A stretch of 64,000 nucleotides of DNA from assembly GCF_030013595.1 (NCBI RefSeq), contig NZ_CP122768.1; one strand, given 5' to 3'. The translations under genes and the position numbers were made by a program. Shown here one piece after another: positions 41,042-52,668 of the stretch. Every line of letters starts with the position of its first letter. Positions within the stretch are counted from its first letter, which is position 1. Origin of the DNA: Escherichia coli. GTDB lineage: Bacteria > Pseudomonadota > Gammaproteobacteria > Enterobacterales > Enterobacteriaceae. The notes below the pieces were generated by a model. The model saw nothing but the letters and a program-made list of their open reading frames with translations. It did not search any database and was not told the DNA's origin.

Positions 41042-42427
41042 TTATACATCCGCCGGATCGATACCGTATTCCTGCAGTTTATACATCAATGCACGGCGAC
41101 TGATGCCCAGCATTAAAGCAGTGCGGGTTCGGTTTCCTTCTTGTTGTTCCAGCACTTCCATAATGATGCGTTTTTCGACGCGTTTAATTTCCTCTTTTAA
41201 ATTACGCTCACCGACAGGGGCTGTTTTTGCCTCACCAGCATTACAGACTGGCTGACGAATCTGTGGCGGAAGATCCTCAGAAAAAATGATCGGGCCTGAG
41301 TTCATCACGACGGCGCGTTCAATAACGTTGGAAAGCTCTCGAATATTTCCCGGCCATGACCAGGCGGTAAGCAGTGACATTGCCATCGGATCGATGTCGA
41401 TAATATCGCGCTGATTCTCACTACTGAATTTTTGCAAAAAGTGATTAGCTAACAGGGAAATATCTTCCCGGCGATCGCGCAGAGGCGGCAGTATTAAATG
41501 AATAACGTTAAGGCGATAAAAGAGATCTTCACGGAAGGTGCCTTCTTTTACCATTGCCTGCAAGTCACGGTTGGTGGCAGCAATGATGCGGATATCAACT
41601 TTTATGGTCTGATGGCCGCCAATCCGTTCAAATTCCCGTTCCTGCAGAATGCGTAGTAATTTGGCTTGCAGTACGAGCGGCATTTCGCCAATTTCGTCGA
41701 GGAGCAGAGTACCTTCGTTGGCACGTTCAAATAATCCCTGACGCAAGGTTTGTGCACCAGTAAATGCACCTTTTTCATGACCAAACAGTTCACTTTCGAG
41801 CAACGATTCCGGCAGCGCCGCGCAGTTGACTTTAATGAACGGCCCCTTTGCCCGCCGCGAATTGTAGTGAATCGCTCTGGCAATCAACTCTTTCCCGGTG
41901 CCGCTTTCACCGCTAATCAAGACGCTGGCCTGAGAAAGGGCAATTTTGGCGGTGTCTTTGCAGATGTCCATCATCGCCGGGCTGTTGGTGAGAATGTGCC
42001 CCCATTGCCAGCTGGTGCTCAGTGCCTGGTGCAGATGGCGGATCTCTTTTTTCATTGACTGGAGTTGTAAAGCGCGCTGAACGATTAAATTCAACTCATC
42101 GAGATCAAACGGTTTGATAACATAGTCGAAGGCTCCGCAGCGTAGCGCTTCGACGGCGTTTTCCACTTCAGCATAGGCCGTCATCAGAATAACGGGTGTC
42201 CGGGTCTCATTACTGCGCATCTCCTTGAGTGCCTTGATGCCGTCCATCTCTGGCATGCGGATATCCATCAACACCACGTCAGGGTGAATATCAGCAAACA
42301 GGTGTAATGCTGTGCGTCCGTTGTTCGCACAATGTGTTTCGAAACCTTGTAGTGCAAAAGCGGTGCTCAGCATACGGCGAACATTATCTTCATCATCCAC
42401 AATAAGGATGCGATTAATAGCAGTCAT
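41042..42427 (-). CDS. atoC: sigma54-dependent response regulator
   Basis: 461-aa ORF: receiver domain, AAA+ Walker A GESGTGKE, GAFTGA motif, C-terminal HTH. Confidence 0.93.
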   Translation of the reverse strand: MTAINRILIVDDEDNVRRMLSTAFALQGFETHCANNGRTALHLFADIHPDVVLMDIRMPEMDGIKALKEMRSNETRTPVILMTAYAEVENAVEALRCGAFDYVIKPFDLDELNLIVQRALQLQSMKKEIRHLHQALSTSWQWGHILTNSPAMMDICKDTAKIALSQASVLISGESGTGKELIARAIHYNSRRAKGPFIKVNCAALPESLLESELFGHEKGAFTGAQTLRQGLFERANEGTLLLDEIGEMPLVLQAKLLRILQEREFERIGGHQTIKVDIRIIAATNRDLQAMVKEGTFREDLFYRLNVIHLILPPLRDRREDISLLANHFLQKFSSENQRDIIDIDPMAMSLLTAWSWPGNIRELSNVIERAVVMNSGPIIFSEDLPPQIRQPVCNAGEAKTAPVGERNLKEEIKRVEKRIIMEVLEQQEGNRTRTALMLGISRRALMYKLQEYGIDPADV

Positions 42428-44250
42428 ACAGTCTGATTTCCCTGCGGGTTGATCGGTAAAATAAGGGTGAAGGTTGCGCCGTAGCCCGGCAAACTGGCGA
42501 CGCGAATATCACCCTGATGGGCATTAATGATGCGTTGACTTAACGCCAGACCAAGCCCGGTTCCTGAGGCTTTGGTGGTGAAAAAGGGATCGAAGATCTT
42601 TTTTTGCAGCGAGAGATCAATGCCACAGCCGTTGTCCTCTATCGAAATGGCCTGTTGTGAGTCGCTGTATTGCCAGGTTTGAATGCGAATTTTCCCTCGT
42701 GCGCTGATAGCCTGGACGGCATTGATCAGGATATTCAGTAGTACCTGTTTGAGCAGTTCACGATCGGCGTTAATCGGGTTTAATTCATTATCCAGTTCGC
42801 TTATGAAGTCGACCCGCGCTTGTACGCCGGCGGTTTGTACCAGTACCAGAGTTTCTTCAACCAATGCATTGAGACTGACTTGTTGCCATTGACTGTGGCG
42901 TGGACGTGAAAATTCGAGCAATTGCTGAATAACTTTGTTAATTGAATCGATTTCTTTGAGTACTACGGACAGATATTCCTGATGTATTAGGTCGCTGGTT
43001 TGTTGGCGCAAGATCTGTACATAACCACGAATAGCCGTTAGCGGATTACGTACTTCATGCGCGACGCCAGCCATCAGCTCACCCAGTGTAGCGAGGCGTT
43101 CTGCTTGCGCCATGCGGCGCTGGGTTTCTTTGCGGGCAGTTAAATCAGAGAAAATCACCAAAGCACCTATCATTTCACCATGCGTGTTATGAATACGACT
43201 GGTAGTGACACTGAGTTCAATGGTGCGGTCACGGCCTGGAAAACTGATCTCCAGCGCCACATGTTCGGTGCCATGTTCCAGCGTATCCAGTACGGGACTG
43301 TAGAACTGAGTATTGTCGAATAACATGGAGTAAGGCTGCCCTACCAGTTCATGACGTTGATAGCCAGTGATGACTTCTGCTGCCGGGTTCATGGTGGTTA
43401 CATCACCCTGGCGGTCAATGGCAATGACGCCATCGGCAGCGTTTTCAATAATCAGATCGTTAAGTGTCCGCGTTTCACGCAGTGCCTGGGCGAGGTTGTT
43501 AACACTCTGACTGATTTGCCCCATTTCACCGGGCAATTGTGGTAATCGAGTGGGAATATTTTGCGCCAGAGTCGAGAGGCCATCGGTGATGATATCAATA
43601 TTGGCGCTCAGGCGACGGGAGAAAAGGACAATCAACAGCAGGCTTATCAGCAAACCGGCGGTGAGCACAATGATAATCCTCACATCCATTTTCCAGGCCT
43701 GGCGGCGAATATCTTCGGTTAATTCATTGGCCCAGATATAGCCGAGGATTTCACCATTACGCTCAATGGGGATCATTGAATTCAAAATATCGCCGCGCAC
43801 CTGCCTGCCTGAATAAACCAAAGGGGTATTTGTACGCATGACTTCGCGACCAGGATGATCTGCGGCAATGGTAACGCCGACATTATTTTGATATAGCGCT
43901 GAAGGCGCGTAGGTGATTATCGCATCCAGCGTTTTGTTGTAATAACCAGCGCCGATGCCAGGGAAGGCGTGAGTGATATTTTCGGTAATGGGGGCAAGTT
44001 CTGCATTTAATGCGCGGATACGCTCCTCACGTGGTAAGTCGATGTAGAGATCATAGCGATCGCCTAGTGCCTGATTAAGCAGGTTGACCACGGCAGAAAG
44101 TTTTTTCTCTTTTTCAGATAAGACTGCTGAACGTCCTTCCGTTTCTACGATATAACCAATAGTAAGCGTTGGGACAATGACCATCAGGATTGCCATCAGG
44201 ATCATTTGATTGCGTAAGCGGCGTGGATAAATCCACTTCATATAATGCAT
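42424..44250 (-). CDS. atoS: sensor histidine kinase
   Basis: ORF trimmed to the ATG at 44250 (MHYMKWIYPRRL..); H-box HEVRNPL; 608 aa; overlaps atoC by 4 nt. Confidence 0.9.
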   Translation of the reverse strand: MHYMKWIYPRRLRNQMILMAILMVIVPTLTIGYIVETEGRSAVLSEKEKKLSAVVNLLNQALGDRYDLYIDLPREERIRALNAELAPITENITHAFPGIGAGYYNKTLDAIITYAPSALYQNNVGVTIAADHPGREVMRTNTPLVYSGRQVRGDILNSMIPIERNGEILGYIWANELTEDIRRQAWKMDVRIIIVLTAGLLISLLLIVLFSRRLSANIDIITDGLSTLAQNIPTRLPQLPGEMGQISQSVNNLAQALRETRTLNDLIIENAADGVIAIDRQGDVTTMNPAAEVITGYQRHELVGQPYSMLFDNTQFYSPVLDTLEHGTEHVALEISFPGRDRTIELSVTTSRIHNTHGEMIGALVIFSDLTARKETQRRMAQAERLATLGELMAGVAHEVRNPLTAIRGYVQILRQQTSDLIHQEYLSVVLKEIDSINKVIQQLLEFSRPRHSQWQQVSLNALVEETLVLVQTAGVQARVDFISELDNELNPINADRELLKQVLLNILINAVQAISARGKIRIQTWQYSDSQQAISIEDNGCGIDLSLQKKIFDPFFTTKASGTGLGLALSQRIINAHQGDIRVASLPGYGATFTLILPINPQGNQTV

Positions 44251-44416
44251 GCTGAAATCCACTAGTCTTGTCCGGTATATGACGATTATCAGAGGTTAAG
44301 GTGATGATTTCTCGGCGGTGTATCATATTCCAGAGAAGAGAGAACATTGCGGTAACACGCTTTTACCGCTACCTTAACCACACTCCATCGGTCACCTGAG
44401 GCGGAGCTTCGCCCCT

Positions 44417-47266
44417 TTGAAATACCTTGCTTCTTTTCGTACAACCCTGAAAGCCTCGCGCTACATGTTCAGAGCATTGGCGTTAGTGCTCTGGCTGTTG
44501 ATTGCTTTTTCATCCGTTTTTTACATCGTTAATGCGTTACATCAGCGAGAATCGGAAATTCGTCAGGAATTTAATCTGAGTTCCGATCAGGCTCAGCGCT
44601 TTATTCAACGTACCTCTGATGTGATGAAAGAGCTGAAGTACATCGCTGAAAATCGCTTATCGGCAGAAAACGGTGTGCTTTCCCCGCGTGGACGAGAAAC
44701 GCAGGCGGATGTGCCTGCGTTTGAACCGCTGTTTGCCGACTCCGATTGTTCCGCAATGAGTAACACCTGGCGAGGCTCTCTGGAGTCATTGGCGTGGTTT
44801 ATGCGCTACTGGCGCGATAATTTTTCTGCGGCTTACGATCTCAACCGGGTATTTTTAATCGGCAGCGATAACCTCTGCATGGCCAATTTCGGTCTGCGTG
44901 ATATGCCAGTGGAACGCGATACCGCGTTGAAAGCGTTGCATGAACGCATCAATAAATATCGAAATGCACCACAAGATGATAGCGGCAGTAACCTCTACTG
45001 GATCAGCGAAGGTCCGCGCCCTGGCGTCGGGTATTTTTACGCGTTGACGCCAGTTTATCTGGCGAACCGGTTGCAGGCGCTTTTGGGTGTCGAGCAGACC
45101 ATCCGGATGGAGAACTTTTTCTTACCTGGTACGTTGCCGATGGGGGTTACCATTCTTGATGAAAATGGTCATACCCTGATTTCGCTTACCGGACCAGAAA
45201 GCAAAATTAAGGGCGATCCTCGCTGGATGCAGGAACGCTCCTGGTTTGGCTATACGGAAGGGTTCCGGGAGCTGGTGCTGAAGAAAAATCTGCCACCCTC
45301 ATCGCTAAGCATCGTGTATTCGGTGCCGGTTGATAAGGTGCTGGAACGCATTCGCATGTTGATCCTTAACGCAATTTTGCTGAATGTGCTTGCCGGAGCT
45401 GCATTGTTTACTCTCGCGCGGATGTACGAGCGACGTATTTTCATTCCGGCGGAAAGCGACGCCCTGCGACTGGAAGAACATGAGCAGTTTAATCGCAAGA
45501 TTGTCGCCTCCGCGCCAGTGGGTATCTGCATTTTGCGTACCGCTGATGGCGTCAATATTTTAAGTAACGAACTGGCGCATACCTATCTCAATATGCTTAC
45601 GCATGAGGATCGCCAACGACTGACGCAAATTATCTGTGGGCAGCAGGTCAATTTTGTTGATGTCCTGACCAGCAACAATACCAATCTGCAAATCAGCTTC
45701 GTCCATTCGCGCTATCGTAATGAAAACGTGGCCATTTGTGTGCTGGTGGATGTTTCTTCGCGCGTGAAGATGGAAGAGTCGTTGCAGGAGATGGCACAAG
45801 CAGCGGAACAGGCGAGCCAGTCAAAATCGATGTTCCTTGCCACCGTCAGTCATGAGCTGCGAACGCCGCTGTATGGCATTATCGGTAACCTGGATCTGTT
45901 GCAAACCAAAGAGTTACCGAAAGGCGTCGATCGTCTGGTGACGGCAATGAACAACTCTTCCAGCCTGTTGTTGAAAATTATCAGCGATATTCTCGATTTC
46001 TCGAAAATTGAATCAGAACAGTTGAAGATCGAACTGCGTGAGTTTTCACCGCGTGAAGTGATGAACCATATCACCGCCAACTATTTACCGCTGGTGGTAC
46101 GCAAGCAGCTAGGCTTGTACTGCTTTATTGAACCGGATGTGCCAGTGGCCTTAAATGGCGACCCGATGCGTTTACAGCAGGTCATCTCCAACCTGTTGAG
46201 TAACGCCATAAAATTCACCGATACCGGCTGTATAGTTTTGCATGTTCGCGCTGATGGCGATTATCTCTCTATCCGCGTTCGCGATACCGGCGTGGGGATT
46301 CCGGCGAAAGAAGTGGTGCGCTTGTTTGATCCCTTCTTCCAGGTCGGAACGGGCGTACAGCGTAACTTCCAGGGGACCGGTCTGGGGCTGGCGATTTGTG
46401 AAAAACTGATCAGCATGATGGACGGCGACATCTCGGTAGATTCAGAACCGGGAATGGGCAGCCAGTTTACCGTGCGTATTCCGTTGTACGGCGCTCAGTA
46501 CCCGCAGAAAAAAGGCGTGGAAGGGTTGAGTGGTAAACGCTGCTGGCTGGCGGTCCGCAATGCGTCGCTCTGTCAGTTCCTGGAAACCAGTTTGCAGCGC
46601 AGCGGCATCGTCGTTACAACATACGAAGGGCAGGAACCGACTCCCGAAGATGTGTTAATCACTGACGAGGTAGTGAGTAAAAAATGGCAGGGCAGAGCGG
46701 TAGTGACCTTCTGTCGTCGCCATATTGGTATTCCGCTGGAGAAAGCGCCAGGGGAGTGGGTACACAGTGTGGCTGCCCCGCATGAGCTACCGGCATTGTT
46801 GGCGCGTATTTATTTGATCGAGATGGAGAGCGACGATCCTGCTAACGCTCTGCCGTTAACGGACAAAGCGGTCAGCGATAATGACGATATGATGATTCTG
46901 GTCGTGGATGATCATCCGATTAACCGACGTCTGCTGGCAGATCAGTTGGGATCGTTGGGTTATCAATGTAAAACCGCGAATGATGGCGTCGATGCGCTTA
47001 ATGTACTTAGCAAGAATCATATTGATATCGTGCTTAGCGACGTCAACATGCCAAATATGGATGGTTACCGCTTGACGCAACGCATTCGTCAGTTGGGACT
47101 GACGTTGCCGGTAATCGGAGTAACTGCTAATGCGTTGGCTGAAGAGAAGCAGCGGTGTCTGGAGTCCGGTATGGACAGCTGCCTGTCGAAGCCGGTAACG
47201 CTGGATGTGATAAAACAGACGCTAACGGTATATGCCGAGAGGGTCAGGAAATCGCGGGATTCGTAG
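44417..47266 (+). CDS. rcsC: hybrid sensor kinase of the Rcs phosphorelay
   Basis: 949-aa ORF with H-box SHELRTPL and C-terminal receiver domain; the ORF start at 44417 is a TTG. Confidence 0.9.
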   Translation: MKYLASFRTTLKASRYMFRALALVLWLLIAFSSVFYIVNALHQRESEIRQEFNLSSDQAQRFIQRTSDVMKELKYIAENRLSAENGVLSPRGRETQADVPAFEPLFADSDCSAMSNTWRGSLESLAWFMRYWRDNFSAAYDLNRVFLIGSDNLCMANFGLRDMPVERDTALKALHERINKYRNAPQDDSGSNLYWISEGPRPGVGYFYALTPVYLANRLQALLGVEQTIRMENFFLPGTLPMGVTILDENGHTLISLTGPESKIKGDPRWMQERSWFGYTEGFRELVLKKNLPPSSLSIVYSVPVDKVLERIRMLILNAILLNVLAGAALFTLARMYERRIFIPAESDALRLEEHEQFNRKIVASAPVGICILRTADGVNILSNELAHTYLNMLTHEDRQRLTQIICGQQVNFVDVLTSNNTNLQISFVHSRYRNENVAICVLVDVSSRVKMEESLQEMAQAAEQASQSKSMFLATVSHELRTPLYGIIGNLDLLQTKELPKGVDRLVTAMNNSSSLLLKIISDILDFSKIESEQLKIELREFSPREVMNHITANYLPLVVRKQLGLYCFIEPDVPVALNGDPMRLQQVISNLLSNAIKFTDTGCIVLHVRADGDYLSIRVRDTGVGIPAKEVVRLFDPFFQVGTGVQRNFQGTGLGLAICEKLISMMDGDISVDSEPGMGSQFTVRIPLYGAQYPQKKGVEGLSGKRCWLAVRNASLCQFLETSLQRSGIVVTTYEGQEPTPEDVLITDEVVSKKWQGRAVVTFCRRHIGIPLEKAPGEWVHSVAAPHELPALLARIYLIEMESDDPANALPLTDKAVSDNDDMMILVVDDHPINRRLLADQLGSLGYQCKTANDGVDALNVLSKNHIDIVLSDVNMPNMDGYRLTQRIRQLGLTLPVIGVTANALAEEKQRCLESGMDSCLSKPVTLDVIKQTLTVYAERVRKSRDS

Positions 47267-47347
47267 GACGGATAAGGCGTTTACGCCGCATCTGGCATTC
47301 AGTGCAAATGCCAGATGCGACGCTGACGCGTCTTATCTGGCCTACAG
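47266..47347. repeat. REP pair (BIME) between convergent rcsC and rcsB
   Basis: ggacggataaggcgtttacgccgcatctggca and gccagatgcgacgctgacgcgtcttatctggcctac. Confidence 0.8.
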
Positions 47348-47351
47348 ATGA

Positions 47352-48002
47352 TTAGTCTTTATCTGCCGGACTTAAGGTCACAGAAGAGAGATAATTCAGC
47401 AGGGCGATATCGTTCTCGACACCCAGCTTCATCATCGCAGATTTCTTCTGGCTACTGATGGTTTTAATACTGCGGTTCAGCTTTTTAGCGATCTCGGTCA
47501 CCAGGAAGCCTTCCGCAAACAGGCGCAGAACTTCACTCTCTTTTGGCGAGAGACGCTTGTCACCGTAACCACCAGCACTGATTTTTTCCAACAGGCGAGA
47601 AACGCTTTCCGGGGTAAATTTCTTCCCTTTCTGCAGCGCGGCGAGAGCTTTCGGCAGATCGGTCGGTGCACCTTGTTTCAGCACGATCCCTTCGATATCC
47701 AGATCCAATACCGCACTAAGAATCGCCGGGTTGTTGTTCATGGTCAGAACGATGATCGACAGGCTTGGGAAATGGCGCTTGATGTACTTGATTAAGGTAA
47801 TGCCATCGCCGTACTTATCGCCAGGCATGGAGAGATCGGTAATCAACACATGCGCATCCAGTTTCGGCAGGTTGTTGATCAGTGCTGTAGAGTCTTCAAA
47901 TTCGCCGACAACATTCACCCACTCAATTTGCTCAAGTGATTTGCGAATACCGAACAAGACTATCGGATGGTCATCGGCAATAATTACGTTCATATTGTTC
48001 AT
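47352..48002 (-). CDS. rcsB: Rcs response regulator (LuxR/FixJ type)
   Basis: ORF trimmed to the ATG at 48002 (MNNMNVIIADDHPIVLFG..); 216 aa. Confidence 0.92.
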   Translation of the reverse strand: MNNMNVIIADDHPIVLFGIRKSLEQIEWVNVVGEFEDSTALINNLPKLDAHVLITDLSMPGDKYGDGITLIKYIKRHFPSLSIIVLTMNNNPAILSAVLDLDIEGIVLKQGAPTDLPKALAALQKGKKFTPESVSRLLEKISAGGYGDKRLSPKESEVLRLFAEGFLVTEIAKKLNRSIKTISSQKKSAMMKLGVENDIALLNYLSSVTLSPADKD

Positions 48003-48018
48003 GTAATAGGCTACCTTG

Positions 48019-50691
48019 CTACAGCAAGCTCTTGACATAACTGTCAATGTCGCTGATGTATTTTTCTATTCCTGGAACATCCTTTTCACGAATCAGATGT
48101 TCCAGCGTTTCACATAACTGCTTGCCGGGTACCAGATTTAGCATGGCAAACACGCCTTTAAGACGATGAGCCGTTTGGGCTAACGCAGCAAAGTCACTGG
48201 TTGCTGCTTCAGTATACAGCCTCTTAACATCATCCGGTACTGTGTCTACAAAGAGCGCATAATAGCCGCTGGCATGGAGTTGCGCATTTTCATCTCCGCC
48301 CAGAGGCGATTCTGTCACCTCTTCCTGCGCCAGTTGCACTTCAATTAATTGTAAGACCGCTTCCTGCATAGCGTTGCTCATATTGAAGTTGACGCACAAT
48401 TGACCAGGCCCAATTTCCCGTACGCCAGACTCATCATCGCTTAAAAGCAAGCCAGAGGCAGTAAGATTAGACGGATTATCCGTTAAAAAGATATCATAAT
48501 CTTGACTAATTAATCTTTCATCGGGTGTGATACAGGTTGCACCCCAATTTTCTAACTGGCGAGTGACAATATTCCGAATTTCTGCCGAAGTAACATCCAC
48601 CATTACGCAGACATCATCCAGTAATCGCTCTTCTTCCTCTTCAACTTCCGGGTCAGCTGCGAGCATTTTGATATGCACAGAGTAGCGTGTACCAAGCCCA
48701 TCCCGCGTTTTGATGTTTAAATGACCGCCCAGTTTACGCGCCAGTTGATCGCTCAGCCAGAATGCCAGCGGGTCCGCCTTGCCATAGCGATCGTTTTGGG
48801 TCTGGTTGATAAACGGGAAGTGCAAATTATCCATTTCATGAATGCTTACGCCTTCTCCGGTGTCCAGAATGCGGAACGTCAGGCGGTCTTCGGAGGACTC
48901 ATCCTGATCAACCTCAAGGGTGATTTTTCCCAATTGCGTTGAGGTCACGGCATATTGCATCAGTAGCAGCAAAATACGTCGTAAGGCATCGCGATCGCCG
49001 CGGCGCATATCGTGTGCTTTCAGATGATTGTTAATCAGCAGTTGCAGACCTTTACGCTTGATGGCAGGCAACACTGAAGGCACAACTTCATCAATCAAAT
49101 CCTGCACGGAGAACAGCACCGTCTCACTTTTCCAGCTATCGTCCGCAAGCATGTTCGCTAACTGTATTTCATCGACCAGCCGCACCAGCACATCAGCCTG
49201 ATTCGCCAGTTGTTTGCTTTCCGGGGCGTTGAGTTTAGCCGCGCTCTCCGCCAGGGACTGTGCGGGTTCTTTCAGCGCATCGCCAATGTTTTTCATAAAG
49301 GTCATCCGCCCCTGCTGGTTTTTCTCATACAGACGCTGCGCCTGCTTGAGTTTCTTGTTTACCAGCACTTCGCGATCCTGATCGCGAATAATGAAAATTT
49401 GTGTGCGCGGCGCGACCTGGCTGCGGAACATGCGGATCTCATACAGCTCGTTATTGATCGTCGCCTGAATAATCCCCTGATGCTGTTCCGCCATGGTGGT
49501 GATGTTTTGCAGATTCAAATGCGGCAGCAAATGATCGGCAATTTTGTTACTTATGACAGTGCGGTTCGATTCCTGATCGTGAACCAGCAGGCCGAGCGGC
49601 AGCAGTGAGACTATCTCTTCATTGATTGCCCGTAAAATGCGCAATTCGTTATTGACCGCCGTGTTGGGTAGACTTTCTGTACTGCGACTGGAGAAATGGC
49701 GGAATGTGGTATAGCCAAATAACGCCAGCGCCAGCAAACCGATGTTCAGCAGCAGTGGCAGCAGAATGTTTTGCAACGTATCTAGCAATAAGGTGCCATA
49801 AGGAACCTGCCAGACCAGGCGCATATCGGTAGAGTTGAGTGCCGAGGAGATTTCAATCTTCGTACTGTTAAAGTGGATACTGACGCTATCCGTCCCTTCT
49901 TTCTCATTATCATTGTTTCCCGTTGCCGTCGCGTCTGGCTCAAGGCGGAAACTGTCCAGCGGCATACCCGGTGGGATCAAATCATTAATCGGCAGATCAA
50001 AAGCCACGACCGTTGCCAGATGTCCTGGCTGGTTAAAGGTAGTACGCAAGGTAAAGTAATGACCGTTCTGCCAGGCCAGGCGGCGCATGTTAGAAAAGCT
50101 TTCGCGTTCATCGAGGGCGTTGGCCTGTTGCAACATCTCTGCACGACGTGAATCAACAATGTCGCTGACGGTCGATTCTTTAAATCCGGAGGTGAGATCT
50201 TTGAGGGGCAGGGTTGAGATCAGCACCAGACTGTTATCCTGACCATTCAGGTAATACATCGACCATGGTACATTTTCTGCGCCCCACAACGTGTCAAGAT
50301 AAGTGGACATCCGTTGAGTCATCTCAAGCGTTGAGTTGTCGTGAGAGCCAAAGATTAACGCTTCCGTTTTGCGACGAGGTTTTTCCAGATAGTAGACATC
50401 CTGTTTCAGGCGCGTCTCTTGTAAACCTTCGCCGGAGGAGGGGGAGGTCGTCGCGGCAATGTTGTCGTAGATCTGCCAGGTCACGTAACGCCAGGTATCG
50501 ACGCGCTTTTGGATAGCGTGGGTAATGTCGACAATCTGGTAACTTTTATCTTTCAGCCAGGCGTTAACGGCGCTTTGTACCATTACCCCCATCGTCACCA
50601 GTAACACAATGATCAACAGTAAAAAGAAGCGGGTAATGCTCCCCGGTAGGAGTGAAAAGCGGGTCGTGGCCGTTGTCTCTTTCTGACGCAT
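48019..50691 (-). CDS. rcsD: Rcs phosphotransfer protein (Hpt)
   Basis: 890-aa ORF with N-terminal membrane anchor and C-terminal Hpt region. Confidence 0.9.
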   Translation of the reverse strand: MRQKETTATTRFSLLPGSITRFFLLLIIVLLVTMGVMVQSAVNAWLKDKSYQIVDITHAIQKRVDTWRYVTWQIYDNIAATTSPSSGEGLQETRLKQDVYYLEKPRRKTEALIFGSHDNSTLEMTQRMSTYLDTLWGAENVPWSMYYLNGQDNSLVLISTLPLKDLTSGFKESTVSDIVDSRRAEMLQQANALDERESFSNMRRLAWQNGHYFTLRTTFNQPGHLATVVAFDLPINDLIPPGMPLDSFRLEPDATATGNNDNEKEGTDSVSIHFNSTKIEISSALNSTDMRLVWQVPYGTLLLDTLQNILLPLLLNIGLLALALFGYTTFRHFSSRSTESLPNTAVNNELRILRAINEEIVSLLPLGLLVHDQESNRTVISNKIADHLLPHLNLQNITTMAEQHQGIIQATINNELYEIRMFRSQVAPRTQIFIIRDQDREVLVNKKLKQAQRLYEKNQQGRMTFMKNIGDALKEPAQSLAESAAKLNAPESKQLANQADVLVRLVDEIQLANMLADDSWKSETVLFSVQDLIDEVVPSVLPAIKRKGLQLLINNHLKAHDMRRGDRDALRRILLLLMQYAVTSTQLGKITLEVDQDESSEDRLTFRILDTGEGVSIHEMDNLHFPFINQTQNDRYGKADPLAFWLSDQLARKLGGHLNIKTRDGLGTRYSVHIKMLAADPEVEEEEERLLDDVCVMVDVTSAEIRNIVTRQLENWGATCITPDERLISQDYDIFLTDNPSNLTASGLLLSDDESGVREIGPGQLCVNFNMSNAMQEAVLQLIEVQLAQEEVTESPLGGDENAQLHASGYYALFVDTVPDDVKRLYTEAATSDFAALAQTAHRLKGVFAMLNLVPGKQLCETLEHLIREKDVPGIEKYISDIDSYVKSLL

Positions 50692-51002
50692 TCGTGTTTA
50701 TGACCTGTTAAAACTTCGCGAAGTGATAGGGCAGTATAAAGGGTACAGTGTGAAATTCCAGACTCTTACCTGATTGATGATTCTCTATTCTCCCGTGATA
50801 TTTATCATCCTGCATTGGGGAAAATAGATGTACAAGCGCCATTTTGCTGTACAAATAACCTACAAAAAGCCCAACGAAATTAATTGCAAATAAACGAAGA
50901 TTGCTGGAAATTATGCTGATGTTAATTGTTTGTGAAATAGTTAACAAGCGTTATAGTTTTTCTGTGGTAGCACAGAATAATGAAAAGTGTGTAAAGAAGG
51001 GT

Positions 51003-51095
51003 AAAAAAAACCGGATGCGAAGCATCCGGTTGAAATAGGGGTAAACAGACATTCAGAAATGAATGACGGTAATAAATAAAGTTAATGATGATAGC
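51003..51095 (-). ncRNA. micF: MicF antisense sRNA, divergent from ompC
   Basis: Minus strand reads GCTATCATCATTAACTTTATTTATTACCGTCATTCATTTCTGAATGTCTGTTTACCCCTATTTCAACCGGATGC..GCATCCGGTTTTTTTT with a terminal hairpin and T-run. Confidence 0.85.
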
Positions 51096-51259
51096 GGGAG
51101 TTATTCTAGTTGCGAGTGAAGGTTTTGTTTTGACATTCAGTGCTGTCAAATACTTAAGAATAAGTTATTGATTTTAACCTTGAATTATTATTGCTTGATG
51201 TTAGGTGCTTATTTCGCCATTCCGCAACAATCTTAAAAAGTTCCCTTCTATTTACATTT

Positions 51260-51290
51260 TGAAACATCTATAGCGATAAATGAAACATCT
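51260..51290 (+). promoter_or_regulatory. OmpR-binding region of the ompC promoter (TGAAACATCT direct repeats)
   Basis: The 10-mer TGAAACATCT occurs twice (51260..51269 and 51281..51290) about 140 nt upstream of the ompC ATG. Confidence 0.55.
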
Positions 51291-51414
51291 TAAAAGTTTT
51301 AGTATCATATTCGTGTTGGATTATTCTGCATTTTTGGGGAGAATGGACTTGCCGACTGATTAATGAGGGTTAATCAGTATGCAGTGGCATAAAAAAGCAA
51401 ATAAAGGCATATAA

Positions 51415-52557
<1,143 letters not shown>

Positions 52558-52576
52558 TCTCGATGGATATCGAACA

Positions 52577-52598
52577 AAGGGCCTGCGGGCCCTTTTTT
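52577..52598 (+). terminator. rho-independent terminator of ompC
   Basis: AGGGCC-tgcg-GGCCCT hairpin followed by TTTTTT. Confidence 0.8.
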
Positions 52599-52668
52599 CA
52601 TTGTTTTCAGCGTACAAACACAGTTTTTTGGTGTACTCTTGCGACCGTTCGCATGAGGATAATCACGT

